Assembly (NCBI GenBank): GCA_945865805.1
Contig: CAMBGJ010000004.1
Coordinates: 9,988 to 41,987 of the forward strand
DNA length: 32,000 nt
Reading direction: 5' to 3'
Source of the DNA: Bordetella parapertussis
Lineage (GTDB): Bacteria; Pseudomonadota; Gammaproteobacteria; Burkholderiales; SG8-41
The translations under genes were made by a program, and so were the position numbers. Below, in pieces: positions 24,488 to 32,000 of the stretch (position 1 is the first letter of the stretch; every line of letters starts with the position of its first letter). The notes under the pieces were generated by a model. That model searched no databases. It worked only from the letters and a program-made list of their open reading frames with translations, and was not told where the DNA came from.

Positions 24488-25468
24488 CTAGAACTTCAGC
24501 CCCAGATCCTTCACCTGCCGCTCGAGTTCGGCGTAGTACTGGGTGAGTTCCGTCTTGAGTTGCTCGGGGCTCGCGCGTTCGGCAGGCTCGCTGCCATCGG
24601 CGGCGAGCTTCTGCACGATCTGTGGCGTGTGCATGGCCTCGCTCACCACACGATTGATCGCCAGGATAATCGGGCGAGGCGTTCCGGTGCGCACCCAAAT
24701 ACCATAACGATTGATCACCTTGAAGCCGGGAAAGCCCTGCTCGCCGATGGTCGGCAGCTCGGGCAACGACGATGCACGCGTCAGGCCCAAACAAGCCAAG
24801 CCGCGTACCTTGCCGCCGCGTATCAAGGTGGTCGCGGACAGCGAAGCAGAAACGCCCACACTGACCTCTCCGCCCATTAGCGCAAGCAGCGCCGGTGCGC
24901 TCCCTTTGTAGGTGATGTGTTTCAACAGCAGGCCGGATATCTTCGAGAGCTTTTCCATCCCCAGATGCACCGTGCCGCCGACCCCGGTGCTGCCGGCGAA
25001 CGACAGTGGCTTGCCGACAGAAAACGTGATCAGCTCCTTGACCGTCTTGGCAGGCACGCCCAAATTGACCAGCAGAATGTAGGGCTGCTGCGTTGAGCTG
25101 ACGACAGGATCGAACGTCTTGAGGATGTCGAACGTAACTCGTTTGGTCACGCCTTGAAGCAACAGCCCGTCCCCAGACTGAAGCAGGGTATACCCATCAG
25201 GCGTCGATTTGGCCAACGTCCCCGAAGCAATCACGCCACCGCCGCCGGGACGCGGATCGACCAGGACATTTTGGCCCCAACGCTCACTCAAGATTTGCGC
25301 CGTCATCCGTGCGATCATGTCGCCCCCCGCGCCAGGCTGTGCGCCAGTGAGTATACGAATCGGTCGAGTCGGATAGCCGGGTGGTTTATCCTGCGCAAAC
25401 GCTGCGGCACTGTGGACAAGCACGGCGGACGTTAGGTAACCACTCCATTTTCTGATCATGGCAATCAT
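24488..25468 (-). CDS. Bug-family (TctC-like) substrate-binding protein
   Basis: The signal peptide (..LTSAVLVHSAAAFA) is followed by YPTRPIRILTGAQPGAGGD. Confidence 0.9.
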   Translation of the reverse strand: MIAMIRKWSGYLTSAVLVHSAAAFAQDKPPGYPTRPIRILTGAQPGAGGDMIARMTAQILSERWGQNVLVDPRPGGGGVIASGTLAKSTPDGYTLLQSGDGLLLQGVTKRVTFDILKTFDPVVSSTQQPYILLVNLGVPAKTVKELITFSVGKPLSFAGSTGVGGTVHLGMEKLSKISGLLLKHITYKGSAPALLALMGGEVSVGVSASLSATTLIRGGKVRGLACLGLTRASSLPELPTIGEQGFPGFKVINRYGIWVRTGTPRPIILAINRVVSEAMHTPQIVQKLAADGSEPAERASPEQLKTELTQYYAELERQVKDLGLKF

Positions 25469-25520
25469 GGATGTGCGACCTCCAGTGATAGTTTTTCCCT
25501 GCCGAAGCGCCGTACTGTAT

Positions 25521-25593
25521 AAATCCTTGATCGACGAAGATCACATCCTCGCACATTTCTCCCTGTTTGCAAGGATTTAGGGTAGCGCTACCC
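25521..25593. repeat. 9-bp perfect inverted repeat AAATCCTTG / CAAGGATTT (40-nt spacer), immediately followed by the perfect 14-bp palindrome GGGTAGCGCTACCC, upstream of the Bug gene
   Basis: 25521-25529 is the reverse complement of 25570-25578. The palindrome lies at 25580-25593 and carries GTAG/CTAC. Confidence 0.7.
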
Positions 25594-25636
25594 CGATCCA
25601 GATTCGACCGCGTGCCAAATGTGCCGCTTGAGCCCT

Positions 25637-26059
25637 TCAGCCCGGTGATGCGGCCTCTAGGATCATATCCGCAACCTATTCCCCGATCATGATCGTCGGC
25701 GCGTTGGTGTTACCGGACACCTGCGTCGGCATCATGTAAGCGTCAGCGACCCGCAAGCCCTCGCTGCCGCGAACGCGCAGGCGAGGGGCGACGATCGAGC
25801 TGGCGGCGCTCCCCATGCGGCAAGATAGTTGGGCCTGATCTCCGGGTCTGCGAGCGGCCCGCCTACGCTGTGATACTCGTTCTACCAGTGTTGATTGTCC
25901 TCGGCTTTGCGAAAGTACGGCAGCACATCCGCGTAACCCCAGCCGGGGTTGCCCAGATCGCGCCAGATCAATGCGCTTCAACGTCGGGCGGCGTGTCGGC
26001 GGGCGTCATCAGAGAGCCCTGTACGCTGTGTCATAGTCGGGAATACGTGACGCCATCAT
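25637..26059 (-). pseudogene. Collapsed remnant of a GMC-family (choline dehydrogenase-like) FAD oxidoreductase
   Basis: GMC-like pieces lie in different frames of the minus strand. They include ..GLSDDA.., then [29 protein letters not shown][14 protein letters not shown], then DPEIRPNYL, then [47 protein letters not shown]. About 0.42 kb remains of a gene that is normally about 1.6 kb. Confidence 0.6.
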
Positions 26060-26083
26060 CGGTTCCGATTTCCTGCGTATGCG

Positions 26084-26896
26084 CTATCCAAGCAATGCCT
26101 GCATCGCGCGATACGCGCGCTGTGCGCGCTCCAGTGCCGACAGGCCTGCGGTCGCGCGCACCGGCGCCTCGATGCTCAACGGGATCGCGGCTGGAAGTGC
26201 GGCCACCAGATCGCGCAGCGGCAGGGCACCCTCGCCGGGCAGCAGTCGGCCAGTACGCGCTTCACGGATCAGATCGCCCGCCTCGCTCGGGATCGCGGCC
26301 ACGGCGTCGCAGATTTGCGCATACTTGAGCAGCGACGCATCGATGCCTGCAATGTGGGATGGCCAACCGCCCGAGCGGCTGAAATGCAGCGCATCGATCA
26401 GCACCGAGGCATTGCTGCAGCCGGATATTTTCACCAGGCGTGCGGCATCCGCGAGCGTCCTGACACCGGTTTAGATCGCGAATTCCAGGCACACGTGCAG
26501 GCCGTAGTGCCGTGCGCGCTCGCAAAGATCGCAAAAACGTTCGAGTGTCCGTGCTTCCAGCGGCTCGGTGCTCATCACCAGTACATGCTGCGCGCCCAGC
26601 CGTGCTGCGCTTTCAAGAAAGCCCTCTGGTAGGCCTTGCGGAAGTTCTGGTTCAAAGCGCAGAAACTCGACGTCGAGCACCGCAACGCCGGTATCGGCGA
26701 GCCGCGCCAGTGTCTCGCGCAGCATCGGCGTGTCGCCCAGCATGTCATACGGCGGCACGCCCACGCTCGGCGTGGCGCTGATGCGGATGCCGACCTTGCG
26801 AAAGCCAGCGGCCGCCGCCGCCGTGACCAGTTCAGGAGGCGTCGCGTCCAGCACACTCAAATGAGCGAGAGACAACTCGCGTTGCGTTGTGTTCAT
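26084..26896 (-). pseudogene. Xylose-isomerase-like TIM-barrel (sugar phosphate isomerase/epimerase, AP_endonuc_2) protein interrupted by an in-frame TAA (26471-26473)
   Basis: ORFs 26471-26929 and 26084-26434 share one frame. The junction reads HVCLEFAI-stop-TGVRTLADAARLVKISGCSNASVLIDALHF. The combined length of about 270 codons is normal for the family. The start is ATG 26896. Confidence 0.75.
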
Positions 26897-27091
26897 GGCG
26901 CATTCCGTTGAAAAAGGAAAACCCGGCATGCCCGCTTGGCATTGATACGCAGGATGGCAAGATTGTGCGCCGACGCATTATAGAAGGCTGATTTACTACG
27001 GAAAAGACCTGGCCACCTACCGGTAAGCGTCGCGCCTGCGCTTGCCATGCTGTAAACTTCTTCGTTACGCAGTGTACGCATCGGGCATCGA

Positions 27092-27238
27092 ATGAAAACT
27101 TCTTTGTTTTATCTTCCTTCGGTGGGTGGTCGTGCCGACATCGAGGCCGGCAGGGCGAGCGTGTCCGGCAAGCGGCCCGGCGATGGCGTCGCCTGTTTGC
27201 GCACCATCGAGCGCTGGCAGACTCAGGTGCTGCCGTGA
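27092..27238 (+). pseudogene. Possible N-terminal remnant of a luciferase-like monooxygenase
   Basis: The 48-codon ORF begins MKTSLFYLPSVGGRADIEAG, which resembles the N-terminus of LLM-class oxidoreductases, and then loses similarity. It is too short for the ORF track. Confidence 0.3.
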
Positions 27239-27297
27239 TCGGAATTGGTGTGATGAGGCCGGGCCTCGATGGTTTGAACGAACGGAGAAAATCCTAA

Positions 27298-28248
27298 ATG
27301 GCTACACCCACCATCAGCTTCGGATGCTCGATCGGCCACGTCGAGCCCGCACACATCGCCGAATTTGCGCAACGTGCCGAGGCCCTCGGCTACGACCGGC
27401 TGGTATCGGGCGAGCATGTCCAAGATGGCAATCCCCCGATTCCCCGCTTGCTCTCGTTGCCCGTGCTCGCCGCTGCCGCCGCTGCCACCAAGCGCATCCG
27501 CGTCATGAGTGGCATTGTCATCGCGCCGCTGTATCACCCGGTGATGCTCGCCAAGCTTGTGGCCACGGTTGATCACATTGCCGGTGGGCGCTTCGACTTC
27601 GGTATCGGCATCAGCGGCCAGCGCACAACCCGCATCGAGTACGACATTCTCAACGTGCCGGTGGAAACCCGCGGGCGTCGGGCTGATGAGATGCTGCCGC
27701 TGCTGCGTCGACTGTGGACCGAGGAACACGTCACGCATCGAGGCACGTACTACCAGTTCGAGGATGCCACGCTGCTGCCGCAGCCGCTGCAGCGCCCCGG
27801 CCCGCCGATCTGGATCGCCGGACGCAGCGATGCGGCGATGAAACGCGCCGCCACGCTGGGTGATGGCTGGTATCCGACGCTATTCACCGTGCGTAAGCTC
27901 AAGGAAAGTAACGCGACGGTGCGCAGCCTCGCCCAGGCGTGCGGACGCGATCTGAGCCAGTTTCACTTTGGCGTGTCGCAGACCACCTCGATCTCGGCGG
28001 ACCCGCAGCAGGCGCTTGCCGTGGCGGTAGAAAACCTCGGCAAGTACGCCACGCCACAGCGCAGCGCCGAGGATGTCGCCAAGGCGCTGTCGCTGACCGG
28101 CACCACCCAGAACTGCATCAAGGGCGTCCACGATCGTATCGACGCGGGCGTGCATCACTTCATGCTGTCGTTCCTCGCCAAGGACGAGCAGGACACCTAC
28201 CGGCAGATGGAACTCGTCGCGAAGGAAGTCATACCGCACTTCCGTTAG
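27298..28248 (+). CDS. LLM-class (luciferase-like) flavin/F420-type oxidoreductase
   Basis: GYDRLVSGEHV, RIRVMSGIVIAPLYHPVMLAKLVATVDHIAGGRFDFGIG and IWIAGRSDAAMKRAATLGDGW are typical LLM TIM-barrel segments. Confidence 0.8.
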   Translation: MATPTISFGCSIGHVEPAHIAEFAQRAEALGYDRLVSGEHVQDGNPPIPRLLSLPVLAAAAAATKRIRVMSGIVIAPLYHPVMLAKLVATVDHIAGGRFDFGIGISGQRTTRIEYDILNVPVETRGRRADEMLPLLRRLWTEEHVTHRGTYYQFEDATLLPQPLQRPGPPIWIAGRSDAAMKRAATLGDGWYPTLFTVRKLKESNATVRSLAQACGRDLSQFHFGVSQTTSISADPQQALAVAVENLGKYATPQRSAEDVAKALSLTGTTQNCIKGVHDRIDAGVHHFMLSFLAKDEQDTYRQMELVAKEVIPHFR

Positions 28249-28294
28249 CGCTGTCGCTACTGAATTTCGAGGCCAATGCCAAAAGGAGAATGTC

Positions 28295-28693
28295 ATGTCA
28301 AGAACCAAGGTGCCTGTCGCAGATGTCGCTGAAGCTGCGCCCGGTCTGTGGTCAAACGCCATACGCGCTGGCGACACGCTGTATATCTCTGGCCAGGTGG
28401 CGCGTCCTTTTGAAGGCGGCGCCGGCATGGTGGGGAAAGACGAGTACGAACAGACCCGACATATATTTTCGCGCATCGAGCGCATCGTCAAAGCGGCCGG
28501 CGGCACCATGGACGACCTGGTCAAGATGACGATCTACGTCGTCAACATCGAGAAAAATACGGAAGTCTGGCGCGCGCGCCGCGAGTTCTTCAGTGGAGAT
28601 TTCCCCACCTCCACCTTGGTAGAAGTGCGCTCGCTTGCAAAGCCGGAGGTGTTGGTGGAGATAGAATCCGTCGCCTGGTTGGGTAAGCGTTAG
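28295..28693 (+). CDS. RidA/YjgF/Endoribonuclease L-PSP family protein
   Basis: GDTLYISGQVA...MDDLVKMTIYV...FPTSTLVEV..L......VEIE follows the RidA family pattern. Confidence 0.8.
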   Translation: MSRTKVPVADVAEAAPGLWSNAIRAGDTLYISGQVARPFEGGAGMVGKDEYEQTRHIFSRIERIVKAAGGTMDDLVKMTIYVVNIEKNTEVWRARREFFSGDFPTSTLVEVRSLAKPEVLVEIESVAWLGKR

Positions 28694-28801
28694 TTTGGCG
28701 TTACCGAGCAGCCGCGCCGCGAACGGGCCCGCCACGCCATGGATCAGGTCCAGCACGCCACTTTGGAATCTTCGGCTAAGCACGAACAGGGAGGATCAAA
28801 C

Positions 28802-29269
28802 ATGGCGGCTATCAAGGCGCTGCAAATCGATCACGTAGTCCTCCGGGTGACGGATGTCCCGCGGGCATGCGCCTGGTATGCGGCGGTGCTGGGCTGCACG
28901 GTTGAGCGCGTGTTACCGACCCTCGGGCTGACCCAGCTACGTGCCGGCGCGAGTTTGATTGATTTGGTCGACATCAATGGGCCCGCCGGAAAAGCAGGTG
29001 GTGCCGCCGCAGGACGAAAACGGCGCAACATGGATCATTTCTGTGTGCAACTCGCCGAGTTTTCCGAACAGAAAATCAATGCGCATCTGAAACGAAAAGG
29101 CATCGAGCACGGTGTCGTGGCACGCCGCTATGGCGCGCTGGGTCACGGCCCTTCGATGTATCTGACCGACCCGGATGGAAATACCGTCGAACTCAAAGGC
29201 CCGCCCGATGCAGATCAAACCGAGAAAATAGCGGATGCCATTTTTAAACGACGGAAGAAAGCGCGTTAA
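28802..29269 (+). CDS. VOC (glyoxalase/bleomycin-resistance/dioxygenase) family protein
   Basis: GGGAGGA precedes ATG 28802. IDHVVLRVTDVPRACAWYAAVLG...DHFCVQL...YLTDPDGNTVEL are VOC signatures. Confidence 0.75.
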   Translation: MAAIKALQIDHVVLRVTDVPRACAWYAAVLGCTVERVLPTLGLTQLRAGASLIDLVDINGPAGKAGGAAAGRKRRNMDHFCVQLAEFSEQKINAHLKRKGIEHGVVARRYGALGHGPSMYLTDPDGNTVELKGPPDADQTEKIADAIFKRRKKAR

Positions 29270-29309
29270 GACTCGCTACTGGTGTCACCACCACATTGCA
29301 GGAGGACAT

Positions 29310-30122
29310 ATGGCTAAGCAAGGCAGATTGCAGGGCAAGGTAGCGCTCATCACGGGCGCGAGCGGGGGGCAGGGGTTGGTCGAGGCCGAACTGTTCGCGG
29401 CGGAAGGTGCGGCAGTCATCCTCGCCGACGTTACCGACGTGCTGGGCAAGGCGCTCGCTAAGAAGATCGTCAAGCGCGGCGGGCGCGCGGCCTACATTCA
29501 CCTCGATGTCACGAAGACATCGCACTGGACGCGCGCCGTCAAGCTTGCGCAGCGTGAATTCGGCGGCATCCATGTGCTGGTGAACAATGCAGGTGTGGTT
29601 AGCCGCACCCCGGTTGCAGAAGTGACCGACCGCGAGTGGGCGCGCGTGCTGGCGGTTAATCTCACGGGGCCCATGATCGGCACGCGCGCGGTGCTGCCGC
29701 TGATGCGTGATTCCGGTGGCGGCTCGATCGTGAATATCTCTTCGACGGCGGCGCTGGTGGGTCATCCTGGCGTCTGCTACGCGGCGAGCAAGTGGGGGCT
29801 GCGCGGTGTGACCAAAGCTACAGCGCTGCAATATCTGCCGTGGGGTGTGCGCGTGAACTCGGTGCATCCGGCACAGGTAACGGACACCGGCATGGCCGCA
29901 AACGCGTCGCCCGCCTGGCGCGCAGCCAACATGCAAGCGATCCCGATGGCGCGCGCGGCCCGGCCACTCGAAATCGCGCAGTGCGTGCTGTTTCTGGCGA
30001 GCGACGAATCGAGCTACATCACCGGCAGCGAGATTGTCGTCGATGGTGGGGCAACCTCGATAGGGTTTCCACACTTGCGCAACGTGCTGGCTGATCAGTA
30101 CCACCAGCGCAGGCGCAAGTAG
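29310..30122 (+). CDS. SDR family oxidoreductase (3-alpha/20-beta-hydroxysteroid dehydrogenase-like)
   Basis: GGAGGA precedes ATG 29310. The motifs are GKVALITGASGGQG, LVNNAG and SSTAAL...YAASKWG (S...YxxxK). Confidence 0.88.
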   Translation: MAKQGRLQGKVALITGASGGQGLVEAELFAAEGAAVILADVTDVLGKALAKKIVKRGGRAAYIHLDVTKTSHWTRAVKLAQREFGGIHVLVNNAGVVSRTPVAEVTDREWARVLAVNLTGPMIGTRAVLPLMRDSGGGSIVNISSTAALVGHPGVCYAASKWGLRGVTKATALQYLPWGVRVNSVHPAQVTDTGMAANASPAWRAANMQAIPMARAARPLEIAQCVLFLASDESSYITGSEIVVDGGATSIGFPHLRNVLADQYHQRRRK

Positions 30123-30251
30123 CCTACGAGGCTGTTCAAAATCTTGGTGGTAAGCGACCGTTATCCCGAATTGCCAATGGATGAAAAACGCGGCCACGCT
30201 CTCTCTTGTACTCTGGTACTTTGGTAGACTGCGCCGCAGGAGGACGATGCC

Positions 30252-31355
30252 ATGAAGATCACTCGCATTGAAGCATTCCAGGTTGCCTGGTCGCCCAACG
30301 AGAAACCGCAGCAACACAGCGCCTTCGTGCTGGTGCATACCGATGATGGCTTGACCGGCATCGGCGAGGCATCGCCCATGCAGGGTGGCCGGGCGTCGTT
30401 GGCGATGATCCGCGACGACATCGCGCCGCTGCTGATCGGGCACGATCCGCTCGATCACGCCGTGCTGCTGGATCAGGCGATGCACACGCTGGTCAAGCTC
30501 GGGCCCGAGGGTGCGTTGACCAGCGCCCTGGCCGCGCTGGACATCGCCCTGTGGGATATCAAGGGCAAGCTGACCGACTTGCCGATCTACAAGCTGATCG
30601 GTGGCGCGTGGAAAACAGCGCTGCCGTTCTACGCGTCGATCGGCGGCAATGGCGAGCGCACGGTCGAGCAGGTCTGCGCCGTGGTCGAGCAGCGGCTGAA
30701 AGACAAGCCCGCCGCGGTAAAGATTCGCTTTGACAACAACCGCACGCAACTGGATGCCGACATTCCGGGCGACATAGCCAAGGCGAAGGCGGTGCGCGCG
30801 CTGGTCGGTGCGGGCTTTCCACTCGCCTTCGATGCGAACAATTGCTATTCGATCAGCGGCGCCCTTCGTGTCGGCCACGCGCTGGAGGAATTGGGCTACT
30901 GGTGGTTCGAAGAGCCGGTTCAGCATTACCACATCAAGGCCACGGGCGAGGTCGCGCAGCGGCTGTCGATCACCGTTTCGGCGGGTGAGCAGACGTATAC
31001 GCTGGCCGGTCTCGCTGATCTGATCAGTGCCGGCGTGCGCATGGTGCAACCGGACATCGTGAAGATGGGCGGCATCACCGGCATGCTGCGCTGTGCCGCG
31101 TTGGCGCATGCGCACGGCGTCGAGCTGGTGCCGCATCAGACGCAGCCGATGATTGGGCATACGGCCAACCTGCATGTTCTGGCCTCGTTACTGCAAAGCG
31201 TCAAGCCGGCAGAGTGGAACGATCCCAGCACCCGCACGCACTCCGTGTTCGACAATCCGCCGCTACCGATTCAGGGACTGTTCCATTTGCCCGACGGACC
31301 GGGGCTGGGGCTGCGGCTGAACGCAGCGGAGCTGGCGAAGCGGCGAGTCAGATAG
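30252..31355 (+). CDS. Enolase-superfamily enzyme (mandelate racemase / muconate lactonizing enzyme family)
   Basis: MKITRIEAFQV...VLVHTDDGLTGIGE forms the capping domain. Barrel ligands lie in AFDAN, WFEEP and SAGEQ. AGGAGG lies upstream. Confidence 0.85.
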   Translation: MKITRIEAFQVAWSPNEKPQQHSAFVLVHTDDGLTGIGEASPMQGGRASLAMIRDDIAPLLIGHDPLDHAVLLDQAMHTLVKLGPEGALTSALAALDIALWDIKGKLTDLPIYKLIGGAWKTALPFYASIGGNGERTVEQVCAVVEQRLKDKPAAVKIRFDNNRTQLDADIPGDIAKAKAVRALVGAGFPLAFDANNCYSISGALRVGHALEELGYWWFEEPVQHYHIKATGEVAQRLSITVSAGEQTYTLAGLADLISAGVRMVQPDIVKMGGITGMLRCAALAHAHGVELVPHQTQPMIGHTANLHVLASLLQSVKPAEWNDPSTRTHSVFDNPPLPIQGLFHLPDGPGLGLRLNAAELAKRRVR

Positions 31356-31360
31356 CGTTT

Positions 31361-31395
31361 CTAAAATAATCAATAAAAACAATCACTTACAATAC
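31361..31395 (+). promoter_or_regulatory. Copy of the recurrent AT-rich motif downstream of the enolase gene
   Basis: The sequence is ctaaaataatcaataaaaacaatcacttacaatac. Its left half is nearly identical to the reverse complement of the 19289 copy. Confidence 0.55.
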
Positions 31396-31775
31396 ATTCT
31401 GTGCTGGCCGCTGCCGATGCGCAAGGGCCACGAGACTTTCATAGCGGCGTAGGACGCGCCTACGTCGTGCTTAATGTATCGGACGAAGAAATTCGCCAGG
31501 ATGCCGGGACGATGCGTTGTTACCCATCGACGTGCATGCTCGATGGGCTTGCGTGGCGGTTGCGCCGCACGGAAACGCAGCACGCTATCGAGGTGCTCCA
31601 TACGCTCACGCCAGCCGGTAACCCGTGGGCGGCCTTTAAGCATCGCGCGGCCTTCGTCGGTCCGCGCCAGCGAGGTCAGGCACGGCACCATGAATAAATC
31701 CGCAAGCGTGACTGCGTCGCCGATCAAAAATGGTTGCCCAGCATCTAGCCCGAATGTTGCACAAACAATCCGATA
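31383..31775 (-). pseudogene. 5'-truncated glutathione S-transferase (C-terminal domain only)
   Basis: LDAGQPFLIGDAVTLADLFMVPCLTSLA...GRPRVTGWRERM is a GST_C helix pattern. The frame is closed by TGA at 31776-31778. No thioredoxin-like N-terminal domain lies upstream, only AT-rich sequence. Confidence 0.5.
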
Positions 31776-32000
31776 TCAAATGTTTTGCATAATATGGAAT
31801 TGATTTCACGGTCTTTCAGAACGCCAGGCGCAGTCTACCCTGCCCATTATGCTGGAAGGCGGCAGCGGGGTTGAGCGGTGATTGGGAGGGATGGGTGGCC
31901 TATTCTCGACTGACCGGACGTGTCCAGGTTACGGCGAGAACAGCAATTTTGCTGGCTTGGGCACAAACAAACGCTCCGTCACGGTTTGCAACAACTGTTT

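Noticed and set aside
29244-31175. A 643-aa ORF on the minus strand spanning the SDR and enolase genes, the longest ORF in the window.
   Set aside because: It is antisense to two well-supported genes with good RBSs. Its composition is dominated by R, A, H, Q and G with no recognisable motif, so it is a high-GC shadow ORF.
31401-31803. Plus-strand ORFs 31401-31697 and 31474-31803, downstream of a motif copy.
   Set aside because: They are antisense to the recognisable GST C-terminal domain, with Arg-rich translations and no family similarity.
31929-32000. A 24-codon open frame on the minus strand running off the right edge (..KQLLQTVTERLFVPKPAKLLFSP-stop).
   Set aside because: It may be the 3' end of a gene lying outside the window, but it is too short to identify or to call with any confidence.
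1-32000. I looked for tRNA, rRNA, CRISPR arrays, transposase, integrase or phage genes, and for known riboswitches (for example ZTP near purH).
   Set aside because: None was recognisable. The intergenic regions are short or occupied by the repeats described, and fis and purH are separated by only about 6-21 nt, leaving no room for a riboswitch.

Overview
This is a high-GC proteobacterial chromosome segment. The gene order (ubi hydroxylase, dusB-fis, purH, purD, hemF) plus several Bug/TctC-type solute-binding proteins suggests a betaproteobacterium of the Burkholderiales; that placement is inference. Bases 1-6.2 kb form a conserved housekeeping block. From about 6.2 kb onward the window is an accessory, catabolism-flavoured mosaic. 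It holds two enolase-superfamily enzymes, four orphan Bug SBPs, an ACMSD/LigW-type amidohydrolase, a cupin, several VOC/glyoxalase proteins, two SDRs, an LLM oxidoreductase, RidA, a GST, a GFA protein, an alpha/beta hydrolase, a PQQ dehydrogenase with its cytochrome c, a patatin and a MIOX-like HD protein. I saw no rRNA, tRNA, CRISPR array, transposase or integrase. Four things deserve a second look. (i) A ~35-bp AT-rich motif (core AAAACAAATACTTAY) recurs at least 7 times at operon boundaries, and no classical regulator gene is present in the accessory region. (ii) Between 18 and 27 kb several genes are inactivated by in-frame stops (TAG, TGA, TAG, TAA) or collapsed to remnants, including a DUF427 gene whose TGA sits at the conserved Cys position. 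(iii) There is a 201-bp MITE-like element with perfect 18-bp terminal inverted repeats, GTAG/CTAC REP-like hairpin clusters, and an inverted array of heptamer repeats between purH and purD. (iv) An XRE-HTH plus minimal-nucleotidyltransferase gene pair is the only toxin-antitoxin or defence-like candidate. I found no clear-cut novel multi-gene system. All functional calls come from my own recognition of the translated ORFs; no database search was run.
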